Under the pieces are notes generated by a model. That model saw only the letters and a list, made by a program, of their open reading frames with translations. It was not told where the DNA came from and made no database searches. Made by a program: the position numbers and the translations under genes. From positions 10,989,205 to 11,053,204 of the forward strand of contig NC_068989.1 in assembly GCF_001194135.2 (NCBI RefSeq): 64,000 nt of DNA, written 5' to 3'. Below, piece by piece: positions 51,824 to 64,000 of this stretch (within the stretch, counting starts at the first letter, position 1; each line of letters opens with the position of its first letter). This DNA is from Octopus bimaculoides (Eukaryota).

Positions 51824-54379
51824 TAATAATAGTGATAATAAGTTGAGAGGAGAAGGTGTAGGGGGTGGAGACAGAAGCTGAGGAGGGAGGTTGATGTCTT
51901 AAATAGGCAATGAAGCCTAAGGCAGACAGACGTTTGCAACTTGTTTGACGAGTTCTCCATGTTTAGATTGGTTGTCTGTTAGTGGCCACGGTGCCAAGTT
52001 CTAGAATATTCTCTTTCTATTTTAAAAATGGAACAGAGATATTTTAAAATGTTGATTGATTTTTAGGTAGAGTTCATTTTTGACTGTCTGATTATTTATT
52101 TGATTGTTGATTGGTTGTTTTTTGTTTATTTGTTTTGTTTGTTCTTTGGGGTTTGTTTTTTGTTTTTTTGTTTTTTTTCAGCTTCAGGAATTGTTTACAT
52201 AATTATACAAATATTCCAATCATTTTAGATGAGAGGTTTGATTGTATTGGACCAGATGAAGGGGTTTTTGTTGTTTGCTTTTTGAGTTCAATTCCTTAGA
52301 GAATTGACCAGGGGAAGGTAGTAGCATGTATGTGTGTGTGGTTGGTAATCCTATTTATCAGTTTAGTTGTGTTCACAACTATTACCCATTATATATTGTT
52401 GTTATTGTTGTTGGTGTCGTTGCTGCTATTACTACTGTTGTTGTTATTGTTGTACCTTTTTAGCTCCAGGTCCACTCCGATCAAACAGACCTCCAACTGA
52501 AGGTCTTTCTTATCTTTTTATAAATCCAAAACTACATTGTCTCATTTATTCCTCCTTCGTTTTTTTGAAAGAGAACCCAACAGCTATTTCTAACACATCA
52601 AGTAAACTGTACGAAAGCTCCTTCATTGTTGTTTACTGCTCAGACCATTGCATTGTTGCAGCTGCTGCAGTTGTTGTATAGCCTTGGTTTAGTTCTCACA
52701 GCGCAGACCTATGACGAGTAGCTAATTAGTCATAAGGTTAGGTACAGCTTATTCATCCATTTTGAAGACGGTGACAGTTTGAAAGAGATTTCACTGCTAT
52801 TTCTAGCAAGCCAATTAATCATGAAGACAGTCCCATCATCAGCTGGTTTTCTATAGAGGGCGTGTTGTCCTAATAGTTAGGATTTAGTCACCAGTTTTAA
52901 AGAGAGTAAAGCACTTGACGAGTAGCCTATATTTTTTGAGGTAAGGTGTTTACGTTTATTTTATAAATTAATCAGGAAGATAAGTGTAATACACATGACC
53001 CTTTATAGGGTCTCAAAGACTAGTGAGAAAGAGTGAGGAGTAAAGTATCCTCAAATCCAATGACCAGGATGTGATGTTAAACTGGGCAACAGATTAAGGT
53101 CATTAATCCCCTTAGTAGGCCATAGTGAGATTCAAACTCAGAATGGAGTAACTAAATATCTCCCCCAACACAAGACACCTGTTCCTGTCCCTCTTTCATT
53201 AATTAATCTCTCATCACCTGGCATAAAGCCACTTCTCTCAATATTACTCCTTCCTTTCTCTAAGACAAAGAGTTTTGTCTTGTGACCTCATTTGGTGGCC
53301 TCACTAGTGCTGGTGCCACATAAAAAGCACCAAGTGCACTCTCTGCAAAATGGTTATCATAAAGAAGGGCATCTAGCAGCCATAGAAACCATGCTAAAGC
53401 AGACGTTCAGTCTTGGTTCAGTCCTGTTGGAACACAATATCAGGACAGCCTACTTCTAACAAATATAGTTGTGCACGGACAAACCGTCTGCAAAGAAAGA
53501 ATAAGATCACAAAAGAGGTGGTTGAGAAACACCAAGGAATGGACAGAGAAGATGATGGTGGGAAACTCAAAGTTGGTTAATAACAGGAAATTATGTTGAA
53601 GGAGGAGGTTGTATCTCTTGCTGTATCTCTTGTTGTTGTCTACCTATGGTATTCCTAGACTATGGATTTTGATTGATTGATTGATTGATTGATTAATTGA
53701 TCAATATTTTTTAACCACATATTTTATGTCTTTGTCTGCTACATTACATGTTAATAGTATCGGTTTCTGATCATGTTTAGGAATTGTATGTTTAAATGTA
53801 TGTAAATATTGGGCAGCTGATAAATGCAGTAAAGACGAGGTGGATAATTTGAAGAATTTAACTTGCTACAGTAAAGAATTTCTTCTGCTTCTCCTTCATC
53901 ATCGCATTCATCTTCATCTTCATCCCCTTCCCTTCCCCCCCCCCTCATCATCATCATCAACAACCACAACAGCCCTTTAGCACTTAAACTGGTCATATCA
54001 AGCCAAAATATCCTACTTGTTTTAGGTTCAAACTGGTCAGACCCAACCCCTCCCACCTACACTACGATGCAAGTCTCAAAATAAACAGTTAGATCATCAA
54101 AACCTCGAAGCTACAAGATCATATATTATTAATTCTAAATAATCCTTTCTACGAAAGGCACAAAGCCTGAAATTTGGGGGGAGGGGGCTAGTCAATTACA
54201 TCAACCCCAGTGCGTAACTGGTACTTATTTCATCGATTCCCAAAAGGATAAAAGGCAAAGTTGACCTCATTGGAATTTGAACTCAGAATGTAAGGACAGA
54301 TGAAATGCCACAAAGCAGTTTGCTCAGTGTGCTAACAGTTCTACCAGCGTGTCACCTTAGATTAATTCAAAATAATGTG

Positions 54380-54746
54380 AACAAGAGCACTCAGAGAGTG
54401 CAAACCTCTGCCAAGGCAACACCAACGTCCTCTCAACGATTAGCCAGAGATGATTTTTAAAACGAGAATATCTGAAATAAACTCGACTGCTCTCGCGAAC
54501 GAGAATACTAAAAATGAACCTGGCTGCTTTCAAAAATTAAGTAAAAAAACAGGAAAAATAATCCAGAATCCTTGTCCAGTGCCAGATCATTCCCAAAATC
54601 TAATCAGTTTGTGCCAGTCAGGTGGCCAAACATCCCTGAAAGTTTCATCCAAATTCATCCAATGGTTCTTGAGATATCTTGTCCACAGATAAACAAACAA
54701 ACACAACTGAAAACAATACCTTCACCTTAGCAAAGGTGGAGGTAAT
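54380..54746 (+). mobile_element. Helentron-associated (HINE/DINE-like) element, second copy with 3' hairpin
   Basis: Colinear with 10473-10800; 3' end cttcacctt-agc-aaaggtggaggtaat is complementary to the 5' subterminal motif. Confidence 0.5.
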
Positions 54747-55358
54747 AAATAAGCATTATGGAATCTGGTGAACCACAGAGTTGTGCCAAGCATCATTGTC
54801 AGCTTTGACATGTTTTCTACAGCAGGAGGCCCTTCTTAATGCCAATCATTTTACTGTGTGTACTGGGTACTTTTCCCATCGCCCAGGAACTATTGAAGTT
54901 GCCAAGTAATTTGCAAGACAGAAAAAGAACAAGGAAGCCCCCTACTTGACAAAGTGGTGGTGGGGGAAGAATATTTAAGAAAGGGAAGTGGCTTTATGCC
55001 AGGTGTTGAAAGGCTAAAATATGAGAGAGAGACACGTACAAGTGTCTTGCTGTGGAGGAGATACATGGCTACCTTATATTATATAAGGGTGAGCATGTGA
55101 AACTGGGAAGATAAAGATGATAGTGACAAGGTACCAGAGCAAACTCTCAATGTATATTGTACTATAGCACAATGTACATTATATATATATATATACACTC
55201 TCTGAGTGGTTGGCATTAGGAAGGGCATCCAGCTGTAGAAACTCTGCCAAATTTAGATTGGAGCCTGGTGTTGCCATCCGGTTTCACCAGTCCTCAGTCA
55301 AATCGTCCAACCCATGCTAGCATGGAAAGCGGACGTTAAACGATGATGATGATGATGA

Positions 55359-55396
<38 letters not shown>

Positions 55397-56184
55397 AGAA
55401 TTCACAAAAAAAACAACAGATGAAGACAGGTGGTGGAGAAAACAAACAGATGTATTAGTTTAACACTAGGGAATTGAAAAAGTCTTCAACGTTTCAAGCC
55501 CTACGCTCTTCCACAGAAAGGAACACAGAAAGAAACAAGGAGAGAAAAAANNNNNNNNNNNNNNNNNNNNNNNNNNNNNNNNNNNNNNNNNNNNNNNNNN
55601 NNNNNNNNNNNNNNNNNNNNNNNNNNNNNNNNNNNNNNNNNNNNNNNNNNNNNNNNNNNNNNNNNNNNNNNNNNNNNNNNNNNNNNNNNNNNNNNNNNNN
55701 NNNNNNNNNNNNNNNNNNNNNNNNNNNNNNNNNNNNNNNNNNNNNNNNNNNNNNNNNNNNNNNNNNNNNNNNNNNNNNNNNNNNNNNNNNNNNNNNNNNN
55801 NNNNNNNNNNNNNNNNNNNNNNNNNNNNNNNNNNNNNNNNNNNNNNNNNNNNNNNNNNNNNNNNNNNNNNNNNNNNNNNNNNNNNNNNNNNNNNNNNNNN
55901 NNNNNNNNNNNNNNNNNNNNNNNNNNNNNNNNNNNNNNNNNNNNNNNNNNNNNNNNNNNNNNNNNNNNNNNNNNNNNNNNNCAGGAACTTTTCAGCAGCC
56001 CCTTATGTGTGTATATCTTGGTCAGCCTTCCCAGCCAACATAGTGGCATCAATCAAAAGCTACAATAATGCATGGAAGCAAGTTGTGACCAACAGTGTAT
56101 AACAATATCTGATAGTCAGGCCAATACAATGACACAGTAGCGTGTGTGTTTATGTGTGTGAGGGTGTGCGTGGGTGCGTGCATG

Positions 56185-56228
<44 letters not shown>

Positions 56229-56849
56229 AGAGAGAGAGGGTATGTGGCCTCGTTCCCACCCTAACCACCACCATCATTATCTATGTTCAATTTTAAGTTT
56301 TTGAATCAAAACAGCTTACTATCATCTTCAAGCCAAAGTGGGAATCTATCTGTTGCCAATACAGTTAACATTTCTACGCAACTCTTTCTGCAACTGTCGC
56401 AGACTTACAGAGCAAAATTGTGTTCAAAGAGCAATGTCACTCTAGGCATCCTGCCAGCTATGCCAATCTCTCTCTCTCTCTCTCTTGTGCATTAACTCAT
56501 TACTATGAAGACATAGTATTGAATTTTTACAAACTCTTATTCTATAGCCTGGACAAAACCACTTAATTTATTTGCCATTTAAATAAGCATTATCTTTTTA
56601 TTTTGTTTTATATTTTTTTTCAACTGATTTCACTCATAGCCTCTGCAGATTCTCCAAGACTTGTGAGATTGAAGCCATTAATGTTGCAGGTTGACATCTG
56701 CAGGAAAGAAATGAGAAGAGAAGAGATTCTAGAGGGATGCTGTTGCAAGGGGGAATGACTGAGTATAATATATAGTGCAGGTGTCAAAGTGACACAAAAT
56801 CAACCAGTTCTGAGGAACTGAGGCCATTATAGTTGTATAAAATGTAGAG

Positions 56850-57077
56850 AGCGTTGCCAGTACCGCCTGACTGGCCTTCGTGTCGGTGGCATGTAAAAGC
56901 ACCCACTACACTCTCGGAGTGGTTGGCGTTAGGAAGGGCATCCAGCTGTAGAAACTCTGCCAAATCAGATTGGAGCCTGGTGTAGCCATCTGGTTTCACC
57001 AGTCCTCAGTCAAATCGTCCAACCCATGCTAGCATGGAAAGCGGACGTTAAACGATGATGATGATGATGATGATGAT
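56850..57077 (-). mobile_element. SINE/LINE-tail family 3 ending in (GAT)n, RTE-like 3' end
   Basis: ggaagggcatccagctgtagaaactctgcc...gcggacgttaaacgatgatgat. Other copies near 14155-14305, 14875-15025, 15600-15830, 26135-26520, 27590-27915, 31240-31545, 41745-42130, 44282-44580, 47090-47300, 55200-55360. Confidence 0.8.
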
Positions 57078-58842
57078 GAAAGAAACAACCTATTGGTTGG
57101 CCAGAGGCTAGAGTATATTTGTGAGTATTTTATACCAATCACTCAAGTTGTTTTTCTCTGGATGTTTTTCTAGGATATTTGTATGATAGAAGCACCACTG
57201 TCTCAAATGTGAGAGTGATACAGTGATATAGGTTCCAATCAAACTTTGTAGAATATCAATAATTGTTGAGGACTTTGGTGTTTAAGCATTTTGATGCCAA
57301 CCCATCTGAAACTACTTCTGGTTCTATGATACAAAACCTTGTTTTAAAGTATTTGTATTTAGATTAAAACCTTCCACCTTCCATCAGAAATATATATATT
57401 TTGTCTTTTATCTTTTACTTGTTTTGATCATTAGACTACGGCCATGCTGGGGCATTGCCTTGAATAATTTTTAGTCAACTGCATCAACCCCAGAACTAAT
57501 TAGACATAATTATAGTACTAATTAGACATAATTAGTACTATAATATTTCAAATTACATATTTCAAAGTACATAATTCTTCAAAGCCTGATACTTATTCTA
57601 TTGGTCTCTTTTGCCAAACTGCTAAGTTACAGGGACATAAACACACCAGCACCAGTTGTCAAGCAGTGGTGGGGGACAAACACAGACATAAACACACACA
57701 CACACACACACACATTTATGTACAATGAGCTTCTTTCAGTTTCTATTTACCAAATCTATTCACAAGGCTTTGGTCAGCTCCGAGCTATAGTAGAAGACAC
57801 TTACCCTAGGTACCACACAGTAGAATTGAAATGAGAACCATGTGGTTGGCTTTAGTATTGGTGCCACAAAGAAATACACTCAGTCCTTGAGTTTGTGAAG
57901 CAAAAACATGTGGTAGGATTGAACTGGGAACCATGTAGTTGAGAAGCAAGCTTCTTACCACCCAGCCATACCTGCACTTATAAGAATCTTTTTGTTAAGT
58001 TATGTTCCAAACAATAGCTTAACAGTGACAAAGTTATTTTACTAAAACCTTGGAAATTTATGATTATTTTCAGAATCAACTGAAACATAATGCATATAAA
58101 CAGCGTGTTTTCGTTTGAAATATGGTTAAGAAAGAATTGTTATTATCACCTTCATTTTTTTTTTAATATTAGAAGTGTTTAGTGTTTTTTTTTTTTTTTC
58201 AGGGTCCTTTGACAATTCTTCTGGAGACTATTCAATGATAAACCAAACATCTTGAATGAGAAGTTTATAATTATGTCTAATTTGGAAATCTGACATTCAA
58301 TACACCAAAGAAAACTGGCAGAGTGATAAATGATCGTTATTGAGTAATTATTTCAACTTTATGGATTCTTTACTAAACAAATCATTGATTCAGAATTGTC
58401 TGACAGTATTTTGATATGTAAATTTCAACATTTTTATGGAACACTTTCTTTACACAAACACATAATGTAATTAGATTCCACCCCAACATCCTTTCATGAA
58501 TACTCTACCTCTTCCTTCTCTCATTTTTATTTCCCTAGTTTTCTTGTCCATATTTGAGGTGTACGCAGAAGATACCTCATCAGATATGAATATACCCCAT
58601 ACACTTGCCTAAACTCCTCTGATAGAAATTTGATATCAACATCCAATAATTTCCTCTCACCCTTTAACCATTTCTTATTATCCATCTCGCCCCCACCCAA
58701 ACTGCTCAAGTACTAGGGCCATGGCAAAATGCACCCAATGTATTCAGTTACCTTTGACAGTCACTTTAGTATTGGTGCCACAAAGAAACACACCCAGTCC
58801 ATGAGTTTGTGAAGCAAAAACAATTTATACTTGATAAGGCAG

Positions 58843-59008
58843 AGGAATGGCTGTGTGGTAAGTAGCTTGCTAACAAACCACATGGTTCCATGTTCAGTCC
58901 CACTGCGTGGCACCTTGGGCAAGTGTCTTCTACTATAGCCTCAGGCTGACCAAAGCCTTGTGAGTGGATTTGGTAGACGGAAACTGAAAGAAGCCTGTCG
59001 TATATATG

Positions 59009-59039
<31 letters not shown>

Positions 59040-59260
59040 ATATATGTTTGTGTGTCTGTGTTTGTCCCCCCAACATTGCTTGACAACCGATGCTGGTGTG
59101 CTTACGTCCCCGTAACTTAGCGGTTCAGCAAAAGAGACCGATAGAATAAGTACTAGGCTTACAAAGAATAAGTCCTGGGGTCGATTTGCTCGACTAAAAG
59201 CGGTGCTCCAGCATGGCCACAGTCAAATAACTGAAACAGGTAAAGAGAGTAAGAGAGAAG
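58843..59260 (+). mobile_element. tRNA-derived SINE family 1 (octopus OR-like), full-length example
   Basis: Head ggctgtgtggtaag...ggttc, body gcaccttgggcaagtgtcttctactatagcc, internal (AT/GT)n, tail gtaaagagagtaag. Other copies near 921-1083, 5165-5575, 6228-6600, 16375-16590, 18205-18575, 38045-38324, 47890-48310, 50785-51290, 57410-57980, 63470-63800. Confidence 0.85.
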
Positions 59261-61204
59261 ACAAAAAAAAAAAAGACACAGTAGTGAAATATCTGATTAT
59301 AAACCTCCAAATTAAATGGAACAAAACGAACTGTTTCTGTGATTTAACTGAGAAAAATAAACAAATTTTCTTATATGAGATTAAATGAAGGACTTTTGAA
59401 ATTCTTGGAAAGTGGATTAACCCCTTTGACACCAATCCATCTGAGACCAGTAATGGTTCTATAATACTAACTTCTTGCTTTAAAATGGTGTAAATTAAAA
59501 CGTTCCACCAAAATTTCATACTAATTTGTATTCAAAACACTGACTTGACTAAATAATGACAAAAACTGTTTATATCAATTCTTTATTATTTTCAAAGCAA
59601 ACTGAAACAAAGGCAGTGAATTTCCACAGAAATATGGTAACAAAAGAGTTAATTTGCTCTTTGTCATGAGGAAAAGAAAAATTACTAACGTTTTCTGTGA
59701 AATTTTTTCTTTGGAGAGAGCTGTTTTCTGATGATTTTAGTGAAAAGATTGTGAGCAGTGAGAGAAAGAAAGAGAAGGAGAGAGAGAAGAGTGAAGAATA
59801 ATGAAGAGGAAATGGATGAAATAATAAAGAATATGGGAAAGAGAGGGGAATATTATAAGGTGAGTGGGGGAGGGGAGTAGCAACCACAGCTAGGAGATAA
59901 TCAGGAAGAATACTTGCAATTTTAAAAAACAGGAAAAGAAAGGGTAAAGATCAAGGAAAGGGAAGACAACTGGGATGTAATCATCAAGAACTTTGACAAA
60001 TTTGAAAAAAAACAGAAAAATGAAAGAATGACAAGTTTTAAAAACGGAAAGGGGAATTGTAAAAATAAGCAGAAGGGAAGAAAAAATATACAGGGATTAC
60101 GAGAAACTGCAAACAGAGTAAGCTGCCAAAGTGAGGCGGTGAGTAACTTGTATAAGATTCTGAAAATTATGATTCCATTACAGTTCACGCTGAAGAGAAA
60201 CAGACATTCGGTAAGAGAGTTGATTTCGAAACCGGTTCGTGGGTAATAATGTTTTATTTCTGTAATTTTCATTGTCTTGCCCGCATACATTTTGGTATTT
60301 CGCTGAATTTCGTTTTGAGAACAATTAGGTCTTAGTAGACACAACATGTGGTCTATTTCTAGCACACTAAATGTCCACTTTAGTGGTCAACGTTATATAT
60401 AAATATATAGATATATATATGGAGGCATGGAATATTTATTTTATATATTATTTTGGTATTTCAACCTTGGTATTTTGAAGATCTCAAAGATATGAAGTGA
60501 AGTTCCTCAGATTGTACAAATTGCAGGTGCCTTCAGTTGGTCCTACACTGAGCTCACTATTTTCAGTCTGACTTGGGAGAAAGTGACAAACTTCCTTTCC
60601 AAAAATATTATTGAAATATGCTTTATCCACCCTGGGAACATGAAACAGAAACATCAACAAAGGAAACTGAAACATAGAAAACTGTAGTACTTAAATAATT
60701 AGTTCTTAATACATCTACGTGGAGGCACATGGCCTAGTGGTTAGAGTAGCAGACTCGCAGTCAAGGAATCGCAGGTTTGAATCTCAGACCAGGCAATATG
60801 TGTTTATAAGTGAAATATCTAAGCTCCATGTGGATCCAGCAGAAGGTAATGGCAAATTTCTGCTGACTCTTTCGCCACAACTTTCTCTCATTCTTTCCTC
60901 TTGCATTTAGCAGCTCACCTGCGACGGACCGACATCCTGTCCAGGTGGGGAACCTATATGCCATTGAAACCAGGAAACCGGCCCTTATGAGCCAGGCATG
61001 GCTCAAGAAGGCCCAAACAATAACAAGAACAACAATACATCTACAGATGCAATTCTTGGATACATTATCCGAATTCTATCCTGGTATCCCAGTGTACTTC
61101 AGGTATTTCAACAAATACTCTTCCAGTTGACCCAACTGAGGTTGGTCAAGCCGTCACCAGTATTCATATGGCATTCTACTGACCACCCACATAATTATCT
61201 AGAT

Positions 61205-61410
61205 GGTTTTTTTACCGTTTTTGACCATCCCTGTATAGCCCAGAATTCCAAAGACTTTACTAAGAGAATGACCTGCAAACCTTCAACTCCCCACCTGGGT
61301 CCTTCACTCATTTCTGCAACAGTTCTCTTCCAACTCTTGGTACTTCACTTTTTCCCCCCTCCTTGCTTGTACTTCCTCCATCCTCCCCTCCAAGAGCCCA
61401 GTTATATTAA
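61205..61410 (-). mobile_element. Decayed HERO-like non-LTR retrotransposon endonuclease fragment
   Basis: EGRMEEVQARRGKKVKYQELEENCCRNE*...RFAGHSLSKVFGILG resembles the RLE-domain tail of HERO elements; in-frame stops. Confidence 0.6.
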
Positions 61411-62326
61411 AGTAGCCAGTCTGGCATTTTTGTAAGTTTCAATCATCTCCACTGTCTTTCACTCCTACACCAATATTAACCAAATTTTTGGTCCCCCAGC
61501 CAGTAGAGGTAGAGGTCAAAGCTATGAGAACACTAAAATTCCTGTCAGGAAGTGAAAAATCTAAAAATATCAAAATAGATAATCAAATAACTTCACAGAC
61601 AGTGTAAGACTTGAGAGAATCGTCAGAATATAATGCTGACTTAGAAAAACATTCTGCTACAACTATGGTAACAAGATTAAAATGGGCTCAATGCCAAAGA
61701 CAGATTGGGTTTTGCTTTCAAAAAAAAAAAAAAAAAAGAGGATGAAAAAAAAAATGAATAATAATGATTTATAAAAATAAAAACTTCTAATACCAAATAA
61801 ACTGGTTCTAAAATGTATGAATGAATATATACATCAATGTATGTGTGCATGTGTGCATGTGTGTGTGTGTGCATATGTGTGTGTGCATATGTGTGTNNNN
61901 NNNNNNNNNNNNNNNNNNNNNNNNNNNNNNNNNNNNNNNNNNNNNNNNNNNNNNNNNNNNNNNNNNNNNNNNNNNNNNNNNNNNNNNNNNNNNNNNNNNN
62001 NNNNNNNNNNNNNNNNNNNNNNNNNNNNNNNNNNNNNNNNNNNNNNNNNNNNNNNNNNNNNNNNNNNNNNNNNNNATATATACTCATACGCACATATCTG
62101 TGTGAAGTGAATGTATGTGTGCATATTCTATTTCTCTCTCTCTCCTCCTCACTCAATGTGTGTGTGTGTATGTGTGTGCATGCAAATAATCATCGTTATC
62201 ATTCCCAAATTCATATCTAATTTTGCATGTTTGCAGAAGTTAACAGAAACTCTTTAGTTTCATCCATCTGCATTAAATTCAAATTCTGCTCAGGCTCACT
62301 TTTATTTCATCCATCCAGAGCTAATA

Positions 62327-62362
<36 letters not shown>

Positions 62363-62991
62363 ACACACACACACATACATACATGTATATGTATGTGTGT
62401 GAGTGTGTGTGTGAGTCTGTGTGTGTGTGAGTCTGTGTGCACACATGCATGTATATGTGTGTGTGTGTGTATGTGTGTGTGTGGAGATGTGCATGTGTGC
62501 ATGTATGTAGGTATTTGTACGTGTGTGTGTTTGCGTGTAACCTAGTTTTGCAACTTGCAAATCTGCAATTCAAAAAGAACTCAGTAATAAAAAAGATATA
62601 TACAAGATTTATTTTGTCTTTTCTTACATTTAGATAGCTTCAAGCATATATACACACAAATTATACATACATGCATACACATAATATGAATATATAACTA
62701 ACTGGCACTCCACTGGTTATGATGACAAGTGTTCCAGCTGATCTGATCAACGGAACAGCCTGCTCGTGAAATTAATGTACAAGTGGTTGAATACTCCATA
62801 GATACATGTACTGTTAACATAGTTCTCAAGGAGATTTAGCATGACACTTAATGTGACAAGGCTGACCCTTTGAATTACTGGTACAACTCATGGCCGTGAA
62901 TCCTAAGGTAGTCCCATAAATCGGCCTAATCTAACTTTTATGTATGTATGTATGTATGTATGTATGTATGTATGTATGTATGTATGTGTGT

Positions 62992-63313
62992 TTGAGACAG
63001 CGGGACAAAGGTATGTACCATCATAGAGGTTAGCTGCCCTGCAGATATAAATATATCTTTGAAAATGAAAGAAAAAGTGGATATCTATGGACAACTACTA
63101 CGAAACCTCCAGCTTCTATATCCAGACTATGAATTCATATTCATACCAATAATAATTGGAGCACTAGATGTTGTTAGTAAATGCTTAAAGGGGAACCTGG
63201 ATAAACTGAGATTTTCAGAAAGAGAAACTGACCGGCTGATTCGTACATTACAAGTACAATCTTTGAGTGGAACGGTAAAAATATGCAACACTTTTCTCAA
63301 GTTCCAAATGTGA
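62992..63313 (+). mobile_element. 5'-truncated R4/Dong-like non-LTR retrotransposon (restriction-like endonuclease C-terminus)
   Basis: [58 protein letters not shown]...GTVKICNTFLKF*; begins directly after a (TATG)n tract. Confidence 0.75.
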
Positions 63314-63815
63314 ATTTGTCTGAGTTAACTACATCCTAAAGATGGAGCTTTGTACCTTTGTTGGAAACCAGCTCCCTCCTCAGTGGAAGATTTATAATTA
63401 AAAAATAGAAGTGACATATATACATACATATATAGGCACAAGTGTGTCACTGTTGTAAGAAGCCATAGGTGCAAGCATGGCTGTGTGGTAAGAAGCTTGC
63501 TTCCCAATCACACAGTTCCAGAATCTGTCCCATTGCATGTCACCTTGAGCAAGTGTCTTCTACTACAGCTTCAGGCTGACCAAAACCTTGTGAGTAGATT
63601 TGACAAACAGAAAGTGAAAGAAGTTCAGCATGTGTAGGAGTGGCTGTGTGGTAAGTAGTTTGCTTATGAACCACATGGTTCCGGGTTCAGTCCCACTGTG
63701 TGGCACCCTGGGCAAGTGTCTTCTACTATAGCCTCCGGCCAACCAGAGCCTTGTGAGTGGATTTGGTAGACGGAAACTGAAAGAAGCCAGTCGTATATAT
63801 ATATATATATATATA

Positions 63816-63909
63816 TACTAGCAGAAATACCCAGCGTTGCCCGGGTTAAAGAGAATAATGAAATCTAAAAACGCCGTCTAGACTACGCATCATCTTTATA
63901 TATAGAGAT
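63816..63909 (+). mobile_element. Short Helitron/Helentron-type remnant
   Basis: tactagcagaaatacccagcgttgcccggg start and ctttatatatagagat end, within (AT)n. Confidence 0.4.
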
Positions 63910-64000
63910 GTATATACACACACGCACCCAAACACACGTATATATATGTATATCAATATAAATATATGAAAGTCAATGAAGTTTCGTAAAAGAAGGTGAT

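Noticed and set aside
56625-56700. Strong minus-strand acceptor followed by 20-25 open codons
   Set aside because: No partner exons or homology found
58527-58709. 60-aa minus-strand ORF (SSLGGGEMDNKKWLKG...)
   Set aside because: Non-ATG start, no acceptor, no recognisable family

Overview
Eukaryotic, repeat-rich draft-assembly DNA with many N gaps and dense (AT)n/(CA)n/(GA)n/(ATC)n microsatellites. The SINE families look octopus-like (inference from memory of cephalopod repeats; no search run). One gene is well supported: a minus-strand multi-exon gene (8 GT-AG exons, 31165 to 611, all phases compatible, 1560 nt = 519 aa + stop) encoding a C-terminally membrane-anchored FG-GAP-repeat protein resembling plant NERD1/At3g51050; its N-terminal exons were not securely found. 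The last intron and terminal exon of a convergent plus-strand gene probably lie at 1-174. Most of the rest is tRNA-derived SINEs, MITEs (hAT-, mariner-, piggyBac-, Merlin-like), Helentron-type elements and LINE remnants (RTE, R4/Dong-like, HERO-like). Best leads: (1) a small retroelement combining a tRNA-like Pol III head, an (AAT)n spacer and a Penelope-type minimal hammerhead ribozyme, with 12-bp TSDs, plus two unrelated hammerhead-like motifs; (2) several unrelated GG-terminated foldback elements, two with perfect 8-bp TSDs, that enclose (CCCTAA)n...(TTAGGG)n telomere-type repeats. Nearly all ORFs in the supplied track are gap or microsatellite artefacts. SINE boundaries are approximate.
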